Shown one piece after another: positions 15,008 to 23,125 of a stretch of DNA of 32,000 bases. Numbering within the stretch: the stretch's first letter is position 1; each line of letters opens with the position of its first letter. Source of the DNA: Halomicrobium mukohataei DSM 12286 (GTDB lineage Archaea > Halobacteriota > Halobacteria > Halobacteriales > Haloarculaceae). The stretch lies in the NCBI RefSeq assembly GCF_000023965.1, contig NC_013202.1, positions 1,620,001 through 1,652,000 of the forward strand. The letters are read 5' to 3'. The notes under the pieces were generated by a model, which saw only the letters and a program-made list of their open reading frames with translations, ran no database searches and was not told where the DNA came from. Both the position numbers and the translations under genes were made by a program.

Positions 15008-15249
15008 CGCTCCTCTCCGCTCGTGTTGTGGGCGGTCCCGCCGTCTCCTCCCATCGACATGGGTTCGAAGTCATCGAAGACACCTTCGCGCTGGTGGACG
15101 ACCTCCACCATCACGTCGCCCTCTTCGACGGTCCAGCGGATCTTGTCTCCCGCTTCGATGCTGAGTGCCTCTCTGATCTCGGAGGGGATCGTGACGCCAC
15201 CACGTTCACTCACGGTCGTCTCGTCGCTGGTTCCCATATTGATAGCCAT
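15004..15249 (-). CDS. vapB: AbrB/SpoVT-type antitoxin VapB
   Basis: TVSERGGVTIPSEIREALSIEAGDKIRWTVEEGDVMVEV is a swapped-hairpin AbrB-like motif. It is the classic partner of VapC. Confidence 0.85.
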   Translation of the reverse strand: MAINMGTSDETTVSERGGVTIPSEIREALSIEAGDKIRWTVEEGDVMVEVVHQREGVFDDFEPMSMGGDGGTAHNTSGEER

Positions 15250-15315
15250 GTGCTGTGGTCAGTTAAGCCTCATGTGGTTTCTCATGTGCCACGCTGGGGA
15301 AAGAACACAGGAGCT

Positions 15316-15543
15316 TCACGACCTGCTCCGCTTCCTCTCGTCGCCGTCGACGGCGTCGGCCATCGCCTCCTGCTCGTCGGTCCCCGGCGGGGGCCGGTAC
15401 GGGAGCTTGCTGGCGACCGCTCGCCCGAACCCTTCGAGCCGCTCCATCCCGTAGCGGGTCGGGACGGCCATGCCACCGAGGAACATCAGCAGGCCGAACG
15501 CGACCGTCTGCGTGTCGGGGAGCGCAGGTAGGACTGCCTGCAT
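15316..15543 (-). CDS. Small membrane protein (75 aa)
   Basis: MQAVLPALPDTQTVAFGLLMFLGGMAV... contains one TM segment. Its ATG overlaps the TGA of the upstream gene. It is embedded in a longer spurious track ORF (15316-16128). Confidence 0.5.
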   Translation of the reverse strand: MQAVLPALPDTQTVAFGLLMFLGGMAVPTRYGMERLEGFGRAVASKLPYRPPPGTDEQEAMADAVDGDERKRSRS

Positions 15544-15752
15544 CACGATCCCTCCCCGATTGCGTCGGCGTCCACGTCGTAGGTCGGCCCCTCGTCGTGA
15601 ACGCCGAAGGCCCGCAGGAGCGCCCTGAGCCGCTTGCGGTTCGATCGCGACCGCTGGGCCGTCCGTCGCAGCACCTCCAACTGTGCGAGCTCGATAGCGA
15701 CCAGCACGGACAGCAGTGCCGCGACCGTCCCAAGACCGATGCTCATGCCCAT
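15543..15752 (-). CDS. Small membrane protein (69 aa)
   Basis: N-terminal TM segment (IGLGTVAALLSVLVAIELA) followed by a basic then acidic tail. The start overlaps the upstream TAA (TAATG). Confidence 0.5.
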   Translation of the reverse strand: MGMSIGLGTVAALLSVLVAIELAQLEVLRRTAQRSRSNRKRLRALLRAFGVHDEGPTYDVDADAIGEGS

Positions 15753-16204
15753 TAGAGCAACCCTCCGATGGCGTCCCCGGCGTCCTCGACCGTGTCGGCC
15801 GCGCCGCCGGTCGCCCAGCTAAAGCCGTTACCGGCCGCGTCACCAGCACCCTCGACCGTGTCGGCAGCGCCGCCAAGCCACCAGTCCATCCCGTCGCTGA
15901 CAACGTCGCCGGTGCCGTCGGCCACGTCCGTCGCACCGTCCCAGCTATCGCCAGCAGCGCCGCCCACGTCATCCGCGGCATCCTGTGCGCCGTCAGCCAC
16001 GTCGCTGCCGACGGTGACGGCAGTGTACACGTAGTACAGTAGCCCGAGACCGATAACCACCATGAGGATCTGCCCGCCGCGAGACTCCGCGACCTGACGG
16101 GCATCGGCGCTGCCCTGCTTGGCAACATCGGCCACCTCGTCGGCGTTATCGGCGAGCGCGCCGCCGGCCGCTGCTGCCGCTGGAGCCGGACTCACCGCGA
16201 CCAC
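15752..16204 (-). CDS. Gly/Ala/Asp-rich membrane-anchored repeat protein
   Basis: Central TM segment (ILMVVIGLGLLYYVYTAVTV). The C-terminal region has repeated GGAADTVE(G/D)AGDA units. GTG start. Confidence 0.5.
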   Translation of the reverse strand: MVAVSPAPAAAAAGGALADNADEVADVAKQGSADARQVAESRGGQILMVVIGLGLLYYVYTAVTVGSDVADGAQDAADDVGGAAGDSWDGATDVADGTGDVVSDGMDWWLGGAADTVEGAGDAAGNGFSWATGGAADTVEDAGDAIGGLL

Positions 16205-16755
16205 CCCCAGATCGCGACCAGTAGCGCGATCGCCCCGACTGCACCGACTGCCTCGATCGGCAGGCCGGCCGGACCGGTCGGTGATCTGTCTGAGGAATCC
16301 GACGTGTCGGTACCGGGCGTCCCGTCGCCCGGCCAGTCGGTCGAGCCATCCGGAGCGGTGGTCCCTCGATCCGCCTGACTGGAGTTCGGAGTGCCGTCAG
16401 TCCTGCTATCCGGTGTGGTCACCACCGCATCGGCAGATCCGTCGCCATCGGTGTCCTCGACGCCCTCAGACGGGCCAACAGTCGTGTCGCTGCTGCCCTC
16501 GTTGCGGCCGCTGATGATCGTGTGATCCGAGCCGTTCGTTCCTGAGCCCGAATCTGGGTTCGGGTCCGGGGGCGAATAACCGTCGTCGCGCGAGTCGTCA
16601 GTCTGCCGGTCGATGAGGTCCTGTGTCTGCTCCGATCCGCGACTCGACGACGAACTGCTCGGCGACGAGCCGGTGCTGTCGTCTGACTCGGAGATCGCCC
16701 CGTCGGGGCTGATATCCTTCCCGGTAGCCTGTTCCCATCTCTCGACTGCGTTCAT
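16192..16755 (-). CDS. Low-complexity Ser/Thr/Asp/Gly-rich surface protein with C-terminal TM anchor
   Basis: The body is probably extracellular and disordered. The C-terminus reads PAGLPIEAVGAVGAIALLVAIWGWSR. This resembles an archaeal C-terminal anchor and is PGF-CTERM-like but not canonical. Confidence 0.55.
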   Translation of the reverse strand: MNAVERWEQATGKDISPDGAISESDDSTGSSPSSSSSSRGSEQTQDLIDRQTDDSRDDGYSPPDPNPDSGSGTNGSDHTIISGRNEGSSDTTVGPSEGVEDTDGDGSADAVVTTPDSRTDGTPNSSQADRGTTAPDGSTDWPGDGTPGTDTSDSSDRSPTGPAGLPIEAVGAVGAIALLVAIWGWSR

Positions 16756-16828
16756 CGCTCGATACCTCTGCTCTGAGTGTTGCTGTCGTTCATAATTGTA
16801 TCACCATAGATTCGGTGCCGGTAGTCGG

Positions 16829-17476
16829 TCACGAGAGGGACCCTCCGAGATTACCCCCACGGCCGACGCTGAGCCCCTTGAGCTTCACCGGATCGAGGAC
16901 GATCTGCGCAGTATCGTCCAGCGGCCCGATGGGCTCTTGGAGAGGGTTGCCGTCGTCGTCGACGGCGGGATTGAACCACGTGTACCGGACACCGTCGGGG
17001 CCGTTGGCTCTCCGGGCCACGCCCATGAACGTGGTGTAGGTCGTCGACAGACAGGGCAGATCGCCCCGAGCGTCGTCGTCGATCGCGGCCGCCGTCGGGA
17101 ACACGCCGGCAGACATCACCCACTCGACTTCCGGCAGCGGGTTGCCGTCCGGATCGACTACCTCCACAGCGACGGGCCGGAAGGCTGCGGGAATGAGGAT
17201 CCCACTCTGGTCGGTGCTCTCGGCGTGATCTCGACGGCGGTGGGGCCGCGGTCGGACCGTGTCGGTCGTCGCCGCCCCAGCTGCATGGCCGGTGCGCTCT
17301 GGCCGCGGCCGCACTGTGTCAGCCGTGACAGCCCCCGACGGGGCTACCCTACGGGACGTGTCGGGCCGGTTCTGGCTCGACGTGGCTGCCGAGGCCGACG
17401 TGGCCGTCCGCGAGTCGTCGCTGTCGCTCAGCGATCGGGCACTCGCCGCCGTCGGTGCCTCTGTGAACGTCGCCAT
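16829..17476 (-). CDS. Virion-associated or hypothetical protein with an internal TxDTVRPRP repeat
   Basis: Starts at MATFTEAP, 4 nt after the upstream stop. It contains the tandem TADTVRPRPE / TTDTVRPRPH. The C-terminal half is acidic and beta-rich in appearance (DPDGNPLPEVEW...DDDGNPLQEP). Confidence 0.55.
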   Translation of the reverse strand: MATFTEAPTAASARSLSDSDDSRTATSASAATSSQNRPDTSRRVAPSGAVTADTVRPRPERTGHAAGAATTDTVRPRPHRRRDHAESTDQSGILIPAAFRPVAVEVVDPDGNPLPEVEWVMSAGVFPTAAAIDDDARGDLPCLSTTYTTFMGVARRANGPDGVRYTWFNPAVDDDGNPLQEPIGPLDDTAQIVLDPVKLKGLSVGRGGNLGGSLS

Positions 17477-17480
17477 CGGG

Positions 17481-18371
17481 TCACTCCATCGCGATGCCGA
17501 CCTGTGCCACGTTGTGTGCCTTGCACAGCTTGTACAGGTTGTTCGCGCTCTCGTCCTGGATCGTGTCTTCGTGGCTGGCGTCGTCGCCCGATTCTTCTCG
17601 AACCCACATCGAGTGCGTCCCGATGATGGCGTCATTCCCGTCGTTGTTCTGGTACTGGCCCGAACACACCACGTTGTCCGTCGTCGTGTAGTTCGCGAAG
17701 TTGTTGTCCGGGTTCACCTGCCCTCGACCGTGCTGGCTGCTGCCCGATTGCGTTCCGGGCATCGCGCTCAGGAAGTTCGTCCAGTTGCGTGAGTGGCGGT
17801 CATCGTAATCAGTGTCGTAACACTGTGCGTGCCAGAGAACTGCGTAATTGCTCTCTCGGTTGGCGGCCGCGTCGAAGTCCCAGGTCTCTGCGAGTCGGGC
17901 CATCCCGATCGCCATATCTTCGTCGTTGCCGTCTCCGACGTTCCGCTCGACGTAGAAGGCCCACCCGTCGGTGTCGGAGTAGTCGAGATAGTAGCTCACG
18001 CTGTCCCCTTCGTCGATGATCTCTCCGCCCCTATCGTCGGGCGCATATCCCATCGGATCATCATAATCGTCTCTGCCGGTCTCAGCAGCCACGTCGTGCG
18101 CGTAGCGATCGGCCCACGTCGAGTTTGCCGAGTCCCAACTGGGACCGTGTTCCATTCGGATCGCTCCAGCGTACCCATTGTCGAGTACGAAAATCTGGAA
18201 ACACTCGCCGTTCGGTGCGCTGATGACGAACCACTCCCCGTCGGCGATGCTCTCGGCGTCGCCGTTCGCTGAGGTGTCTTCGAGCGACCAGTTGGTCATC
18301 CCGGCGATGTTGTCTCTGAGTGCCGCCAGTGCTTTGCCCCACGTCGTCGCGATTGGTCCTTCGAAAGTCAT
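17481..18371 (-). CDS. Acidic protein, candidate spike or receptor-binding structural protein
   Basis: 296 aa, rich in D/N/G/W/Y (...GWAFYVERNVGDGNDED...NPDNNFANYTTTDNVVCSGQYQNNDGND...). The call rests on its position in the late-gene train downstream of the capsid-sized ORFs. Confidence 0.6.
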   Translation of the reverse strand: MTFEGPIATTWGKALAALRDNIAGMTNWSLEDTSANGDAESIADGEWFVISAPNGECFQIFVLDNGYAGAIRMEHGPSWDSANSTWADRYAHDVAAETGRDDYDDPMGYAPDDRGGEIIDEGDSVSYYLDYSDTDGWAFYVERNVGDGNDEDMAIGMARLAETWDFDAAANRESNYAVLWHAQCYDTDYDDRHSRNWTNFLSAMPGTQSGSSQHGRGQVNPDNNFANYTTTDNVVCSGQYQNNDGNDAIIGTHSMWVREESGDDASHEDTIQDESANNLYKLCKAHNVAQVGIAME

Positions 18372-18372
18372 G

Positions 18373-18828
18373 TTATCGTAGTGCCAACACTTTCAGAGTG
18401 GTGTCGGCGTCACTCTCGGTCATCTTTCGGTACCACAGCTTTGAGGCGTTGAGTCCACCGGGTGGGCTGAGCGAAAACGGCGCTTCCGAGGCCGTCAGCG
18501 GGATCTCGCGGTTGGTCCCGGTCTGCTGGAACGAGACCAGCACCGGCCCATCGAAGCCCCACACGGTGACCGTATCGGCGGGGAACCCCCAGTCGAGACT
18601 CTGCTGGCCGACGCCGTCGACGGCGACCGGCACCTCAGTCACGAAATACGTCGGCTCGTCGCTGGTGCTGGTCTCGCCGAGATACTGGTCGCCACGCTGG
18701 TCGAGCAACAGCGCGAGCAGGAGCCGGTCCGTGTCGCTCTCCAGCAGATCCTCGTGCCAGGAGTCGGCTCCGATACCGTACTCGGACAGCACCCGCTCGA
18801 TGACGCTGTCAGGGCCGACAGTGCTCAT
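18373..18828 (-). CDS. Hypothetical structural-module protein
   Basis: 151-aa acidic ORF whose stop is 1 nt upstream of the next gene's start. Confidence 0.6.
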   Translation of the reverse strand: MSTVGPDSVIERVLSEYGIGADSWHEDLLESDTDRLLLALLLDQRGDQYLGETSTSDEPTYFVTEVPVAVDGVGQQSLDWGFPADTVTVWGFDGPVLVSFQQTGTNREIPLTASEAPFSLSPPGGLNASKLWYRKMTESDADTTLKVLALR

Positions 18829-18859
18829 TGGCTCATCACCACGTCGTTGCTGTTGTGAA

Positions 18860-19123
18860 TCATATCGTACCGTCCTCCATCGCCGTGTACAGCAGCAGTA
18901 CGAGCATGCACAGGGTGCTGGCCAGCAGCAGGTCGTCTCGGTTGATCGGACGCCCCCGGAGGATCTCGTCCAGCGCCGAGTCGTCCGGTCCGTACTGTTG
19001 GCCGTCTCGCTGACCAGTGCTCGTCGTCGCTGCTGCGGTGCGTGGCTCTCCGGGTGGATTGCGACCGGTGCCAGATGCTTCTCGTCCGGTTACGTCTCGT
19101 GTAACAAGTCCGCCGGACGGCAC
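18860..19123 (-). CDS. Small membrane protein (C-terminal TM)
   Basis: The TM segment is LLLASTLCMLVLLLYTA. It starts 4 nt after the stop of the 242-aa ORF. Confidence 0.5.
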   Translation of the reverse strand: MPSGGLVTRDVTGREASGTGRNPPGEPRTAAATTSTGQRDGQQYGPDDSALDEILRGRPINRDDLLLASTLCMLVLLLYTAMEDGTI

Positions 19124-19127
19124 GGCT

Positions 19128-19856
19128 CTACCTCCGTGCCGCGTCAGTCGCCACTGCCTGCTTCAGCCCGTCGATAGGGCCTTCTGCTCCGCGGACAGGC
19201 AGGTCAGTGAGCGCGTTCGTTGCGACCACCTCAGTCCCCGATCCGTTCGCGTCCGTAGCGAACGCGACCGTGTACGGGGCCGTGATGGTGAGTGCGAGCG
19301 TGAAGTCCGCCGGAATGAACGGATGGAGCGGGGACTGATCGGCGTCGACGGTGATGGGCTCTTTGCCCTGGTCCCGACGGTGGATCATCCCCATGTCTGC
19401 CGAGAAGAGAACGTCCGGCGTCCCGTTGGGTGCGACCTTCTGAATCTCCACGAGCGCCTGCGCACCGCTCGTGTAGTAGATCGTGAGCGTGTTGTCCGTC
19501 CCGTCGTCCGTGTAGGTGATCTGGTCGGCGGCGTAATCGACCGAGTCCGGTTGAACGCGGTTGTCGCCCTTGTACATCACCACGGAGTCGGTGACCACGC
19601 TCGAATCGATCAGTTCGTGAGTCAGGGGGAACGTCTCGGCGTCTCCGGCGTTTCCGTCGGTCGTGAACGTCTCGCGAGCCACCAGCGACAGGTCGAACGG
19701 ACGGGTTGCGTCGACGGACAGCGCCCGCTTGGGCTGGTACTCCGCGACGGTCGTTGGCTGTCCGGGCGATCCCGTCGAGAAGCTGAAGTCACCGTTCGTG
19801 ATGTTGTCGCGGCTGGTGTTGGCCTCCCGAAGACGCTGCATGATCTGCTCGTTCAT
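19128..19856 (-). CDS. Candidate large major capsid protein (single jelly-roll, VP4-like by size and position)
   Basis: 242 aa, beta-rich in appearance and acidic. It lies immediately downstream of a 160-aa ORF and of the packaging ATPase. This mirrors the ATPase, small MCP, large MCP order of SH1/SNJ1-type viruses. No sequence match could be tested. Confidence 0.45.
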   Translation of the reverse strand: MNEQIMQRLREANTSRDNITNGDFSFSTGSPGQPTTVAEYQPKRALSVDATRPFDLSLVARETFTTDGNAGDAETFPLTHELIDSSVVTDSVVMYKGDNRVQPDSVDYAADQITYTDDGTDNTLTIYYTSGAQALVEIQKVAPNGTPDVLFSADMGMIHRRDQGKEPITVDADQSPLHPFIPADFTLALTITAPYTVAFATDANGSGTEVVATNALTDLPVRGAEGPIDGLKQAVATDAARR

Positions 19857-19860
19857 GCTG

Positions 19861-20343
19861 TTAGTCCTCCGCTCGGACGGTCACGGCCTTGCGGTCGATC
19901 TCCAGGCGCGAGTTGTCCCAGTCGATCTGCTTCGACGATCGGATGGCGACCTGTACCTCCTCGAAGTCGAGCACGACCAGGCCGTCCCCGTTCAGTTCGG
20001 TTCGAGTCTGTTCTCGGTACTCCTCGTTCTGCTGTTCCTTGAGCGAGAGCGTCCGGTACTGTCGGATGTTGCTCAGGCGTTCGCTCACGATCATCGGCTG
20101 ATCCCGACTCGGGGTGTCCCACCGCAGGAACACCTCGGTGTCGCGAGGCAGGTCGTTCCCGTCGGCGTCCTTCAGCTCGGCGTAGATGGGGACGCCAGAA
20201 CCGCCGTACACGTGATTGTCGATCTCGATGACGAGCCCGTCGACGGGCGACCACGTGAGGATCGTGCTGTCGGTGTCTGGGATGTTCGTCTCTTCCGTCG
20301 CGTCGACCTTCGCGCTGCCGAGGTTGGTCAGACTCTCCGACAT
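19861..20343 (-). CDS. Candidate small major capsid protein (VP7-like by size and position)
   Basis: 160-aa acidic, beta-rich-looking ORF. It has a 4-nt gap to the 242-aa ORF, and its start overlaps the upstream stop. Confidence 0.45.
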   Translation of the reverse strand: MSESLTNLGSAKVDATEETNIPDTDSTILTWSPVDGLVIEIDNHVYGGSGVPIYAELKDADGNDLPRDTEVFLRWDTPSRDQPMIVSERLSNIRQYRTLSLKEQQNEEYREQTRTELNGDGLVVLDFEEVQVAIRSSKQIDWDNSRLEIDRKAVTVRAED

Positions 20344-20606
20344 CAGTTACCCTCCGAGACCCGAGCGCGGAGTTCCTCCAGAACGTTGATGCCGCCGCCG
20401 ATGGCGACCTTCCGGCCAGCGCCACCGTAGAGCGCGCCGCCAGCGGCGACTGTCGCCCCGTAGGCTTCGTTCGGGAGGTCCCGTCCCATCTTGTTCTCGA
20501 CTGCGTACTGCACAAGTTCCGGTGCCATGTACCCGCCGCCGATGAGGGCCACGTCCATCACGTAGTCCTCCGAGGCGAGCGTGTCGATTGCATTACTAAA
20601 TTCCAT
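20343..20606 (-). CDS. Small Gly-rich protein, possibly membrane-associated and structural
   Basis: 87 aa with GGG/AAGG stretches (VALIGGGYMAP...ATVAAGGALYGGAGRKVAIGGG). Confidence 0.5.
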   Translation of the reverse strand: MEFSNAIDTLASEDYVMDVALIGGGYMAPELVQYAVENKMGRDLPNEAYGATVAAGGALYGGAGRKVAIGGGINVLEELRARVSEGN

Positions 20607-20698
20607 GCAATCCGGATGTGTGGGTGTAGAGCCTTCAACGAGCCACGAAACGAGGAATAACGGATACTGCCTCGTACAGCACCATGCTGTACACTACT

Positions 20699-20839
20699 TC
20701 AATACGGAGCAGCGTCCATCAACACGCGGACCACTTCGGCGTTGCTCGGCCGGCCCCCTGGCCGTTGCTGCTCGATCGTCTCGCGGAGCTGCTCGAAGTC
20801 CTGGCTGTCCGTCCCCTGGAGAGTGATTTGCGTTCTCAT
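20699..20839 (-). CDS. Small RHH-like ORF (46 aa), below the track cutoff
   Basis: MRTQITLQGTDSQDFEQLRETIEQQRPGGRPSNAEVVRVLMDAAPY fits a beta-helix-helix pattern. Its ATG overlaps the TGA of the ATPase gene (ATGA). Confidence 0.4.
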   Translation of the reverse strand: MRTQITLQGTDSQDFEQLRETIEQQRPGGRPSNAEVVRVLMDAAPY

Positions 20840-21666
20840 TCTGGCATCTTGATGCTCTTACCCGGCGCGCCGACGTGCTCGCTGTCCATGTCGACGTTGG
20901 CCGAGTTCATCCGTCGCACTGTGCCGCTGTCGTCCGAATAGATCCACTCCGAGCCGGTGACTATGTCGCCGTCCGTCCACTTCCGCACCGAGACCGGCCC
21001 TCCGTCGTCGGCGTGGAGGTCGTCGGGAAGGCCCGGCACGCGGTGGCCGCCCGACCGGTGAAGGTCCTGCGGGTAGTCCACTACACCGCCGATCTTTGAG
21101 AGGTCGCGGTCGCTCTCGAAGCCCCCGAGTTTCCGGGCGGTACACTGGGCGATGATCGTCTCTGCCAGCTCTGAGAGCCGTTGAGTTACCCAGATACTCG
21201 ACTGGCCCTCGCCGCGCCCGGTCGTCGCCAGCCCCTTGATGGGGTCGAGGAGCTTCGCCTGTTGCTGGGCAACGAAGTGGGCTTCGTCGATGACCCACAG
21301 CACCGATAGGGACGACCGCCGACCGGCACTGATCGCCTTCGCACAGACCGCTCGCCACTGTTCAGGCGACAGGTGCGAGTGGCGGGCCAGCACGACGTTG
21401 CCGTTCTGCTCGATCAGCTGCCGGAAGTGATCGGTCGACCACTGCTCGGCTTCGACGGGGCCGGCGATCCAGTGCTTGGCCTTCCCGGCCTTGACGAGAC
21501 CGCGGTACTCGTCCTTGTAGTCCAGCAGCACCACGCCGTCGTACTCCCCGAGGTTGCTTTCCGTGGTCGCCTGACAGACGTAGGACTTCCCCCATCCGCT
21601 CGCCGCTGCGAGGAGCAGATTCACGCCCCACACCCCGCGAGTCCGAGAGACGAACCAGCCAGCCAC
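20836..21666 (-). CDS. FtsK/HerA-type genome-packaging ATPase
   Basis: Walker A in LLLAAASGWGKSY and Walker B in LSVLWVIDEAH. At 276 aa it has the size of packaging ATPases of membrane-containing icosahedral viruses. Confidence 0.75.
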   Translation of the reverse strand: MAGWFVSRTRGVWGVNLLLAAASGWGKSYVCQATTESNLGEYDGVVLLDYKDEYRGLVKAGKAKHWIAGPVEAEQWSTDHFRQLIEQNGNVVLARHSHLSPEQWRAVCAKAISAGRRSSLSVLWVIDEAHFVAQQQAKLLDPIKGLATTGRGEGQSSIWVTQRLSELAETIIAQCTARKLGGFESDRDLSKIGGVVDYPQDLHRSGGHRVPGLPDDLHADDGGPVSVRKWTDGDIVTGSEWIYSDDSGTVRRMNSANVDMDSEHVGAPGKSIKMPE

Positions 21667-21699
21667 GCGATGGCACCAAGTAGGCCGATCAATTCGCCG

Positions 21700-21978
21700 T
21701 CACTCATCGTCGCCATTGCCCTCCTTGACGTGCTCGCCATCGAGCCGGAGCGTGTCGCCGCCGGAGGTCCTGATGCGCCGCTGCTCGCCGTCCTCGATCA
21801 CGTCGAGATCCAGGTCGGTCAGAACAGCGTGGTCCGGGTACTCGTCGGGATCGGCAGGCTGGTCGCTCCGAGCCTGCGAAACCAGCAGATCGAGCAGTAG
21901 CGCGACGATCAGCACCCACGCTACGGCTTCGGCCGTCTTCCTCACCTGTCTGGTCGTCGAGGGCAAGTTCACATTCAT
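21700..21978 (-). CDS. Small membrane protein
   Basis: N-terminal TM segment (AVAWVLIVALLLDLLV) with an acidic tail. It overlaps the upstream gene by 4 nt. Confidence 0.55.
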   Translation of the reverse strand: MNVNLPSTTRQVRKTAEAVAWVLIVALLLDLLVSQARSDQPADPDEYPDHAVLTDLDLDVIEDGEQRRIRTSGGDTLRLDGEHVKEGNGDDE

Positions 21979-22553
21979 GCCAGCGCCTCCGTGTTCGCGT
22001 AGATCGCCTGTTCTGTGGCCTCACTCGGGCCGGCCAGCAGGTCGGTAACGGCCCGCCGACGGTCCCACTCGACCACCGCCTCCTCGAACCGATCGAGCGA
22101 GACGCCCCACTGTGCGCTGACGTGTCGATCCGCCAGCGTCCGATCCGCTTGTCCTTCGATCCCCGCCTGGTGTCGCACCGCGTCGGCCCAGCGGGCGATC
22201 TGGTCCTGCCACTCGCCTGGCTCCATCTCCGCGTAGGTCGCCAGTATCGCCGGGTCACTCACGTCGAGATCGTCGGGAGCACACCGCGACAGCCAGATTT
22301 CGGCCAGCGAGGGGCCGCCGGGGGTCCGGGCGGCAATCACGTCGCAGAGTTCGGCCACGCGCTCCTCCACGTCGAGGTCGGTCACGCTGTCGTCGGGGTC
22401 GATCCCCAGCCGCTCGCGCTGGTCGAGCACGGCCGCCCGCTGCTGGGCTTCGATCTCGGCCAGTACTCGGGCGTGGGCCGTGATCCGCTCGGAGTTGTGA
22501 GGGTCGTTCAGGTCGCCTTTCATCTGCCGTAGCTGCTTCATTCGCTCCATCAT
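21975..22553 (-). CDS. Hypothetical acidic helical protein
   Basis: 192 aa with 4-nt overlaps at both ends. It has typical halophilic composition. Confidence 0.6.
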   Translation of the reverse strand: MMERMKQLRQMKGDLNDPHNSERITAHARVLAEIEAQQRAAVLDQRERLGIDPDDSVTDLDVEERVAELCDVIAARTPGGPSLAEIWLSRCAPDDLDVSDPAILATYAEMEPGEWQDQIARWADAVRHQAGIEGQADRTLADRHVSAQWGVSLDRFEEAVVEWDRRRAVTDLLAGPSEATEQAIYANTEALA

Positions 22554-23125
22554 AGCTGTAGGTTCAGGTCGTCGGTGAGGTCACTGATCGCGTCCTGTGC
22601 CACGTCGGTCTCGGTGAGTACGATCACCAGCGCGAGGCCGGCGGTCCCGATGGCCACCTGCTTGCCCGGCGAGAAGTCCATCTCCATACCGCTCTCCGCG
22701 AGCCACTGGTCGACCGCGTCGTCAAGCTCGACCGGCGGCGACCGGGCCAGTTCCTCGATCGCTTCGGCGTCCTTGCTGGTCTCTCCGTCGCTGGACTCCG
22801 CGATCTCCCCCAGCAGTAGAGAGAGCATCATCACGTACTGGTCGCCCCACGACTCGCCGTCTGGGACGGTCGGCTGTGCAGTGCTCTCAGTGTTCTCGTC
22901 GTCGCTGGTGTCGCCCTCGTCGTCATCCTGTTCGTCGGCCCCAGCGCCAGCTTCCTCCTCGATGGCGTCGGTATCGAGGTCGAGGTCGTCGAGGTCCACG
23001 TCGGCCCGCTCGTCGTCCTCAATCGCCGGCCGGTCATCTTCGGTCTCCTCCGGCTCCGGTTCGGGATCCGGAGCCTGCTCCTCGGGCTGCTCCTCCTCGA
23101 CGGCGTCAGCATCCGCGCTCATCAA
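22550..23125 (-). CDS. Highly acidic hypothetical protein with a hydrophobic C-terminal segment
   Basis: The N-terminal half is almost entirely D/E/P/A. The C-terminus includes QVAIGTAGLALVIVLTE. Translationally coupled. Confidence 0.6.
   Translation of the reverse strand: MMSADADAVEEEQPEEQAPDPEPEPEETEDDRPAIEDDERADVDLDDLDLDTDAIEEEAGAGADEQDDDEGDTSDDENTESTAQPTVPDGESWGDQYVMMLSLLLGEIAESSDGETSKDAEAIEELARSPPVELDDAVDQWLAESGMEMDFSPGKQVAIGTAGLALVIVLTETDVAQDAISDLTDDLNLQL

Noticed and set aside
16796-17626. 276-aa plus-strand ORF and the 5' extension of the 16829-17635 minus-strand ORF
   Set aside because: Both are R/G/P-rich. The minus-strand frame starting at 17476 follows the upstream stop by 4 nt and has protein-like acidic composition.
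19017-20430. Plus-strand ORFs of 341 and 255 aa opposite the capsid-sized genes
   Set aside because: They have shadow-ORF composition (R/V/G-rich). They are opposite a tightly coupled minus-strand gene chain.
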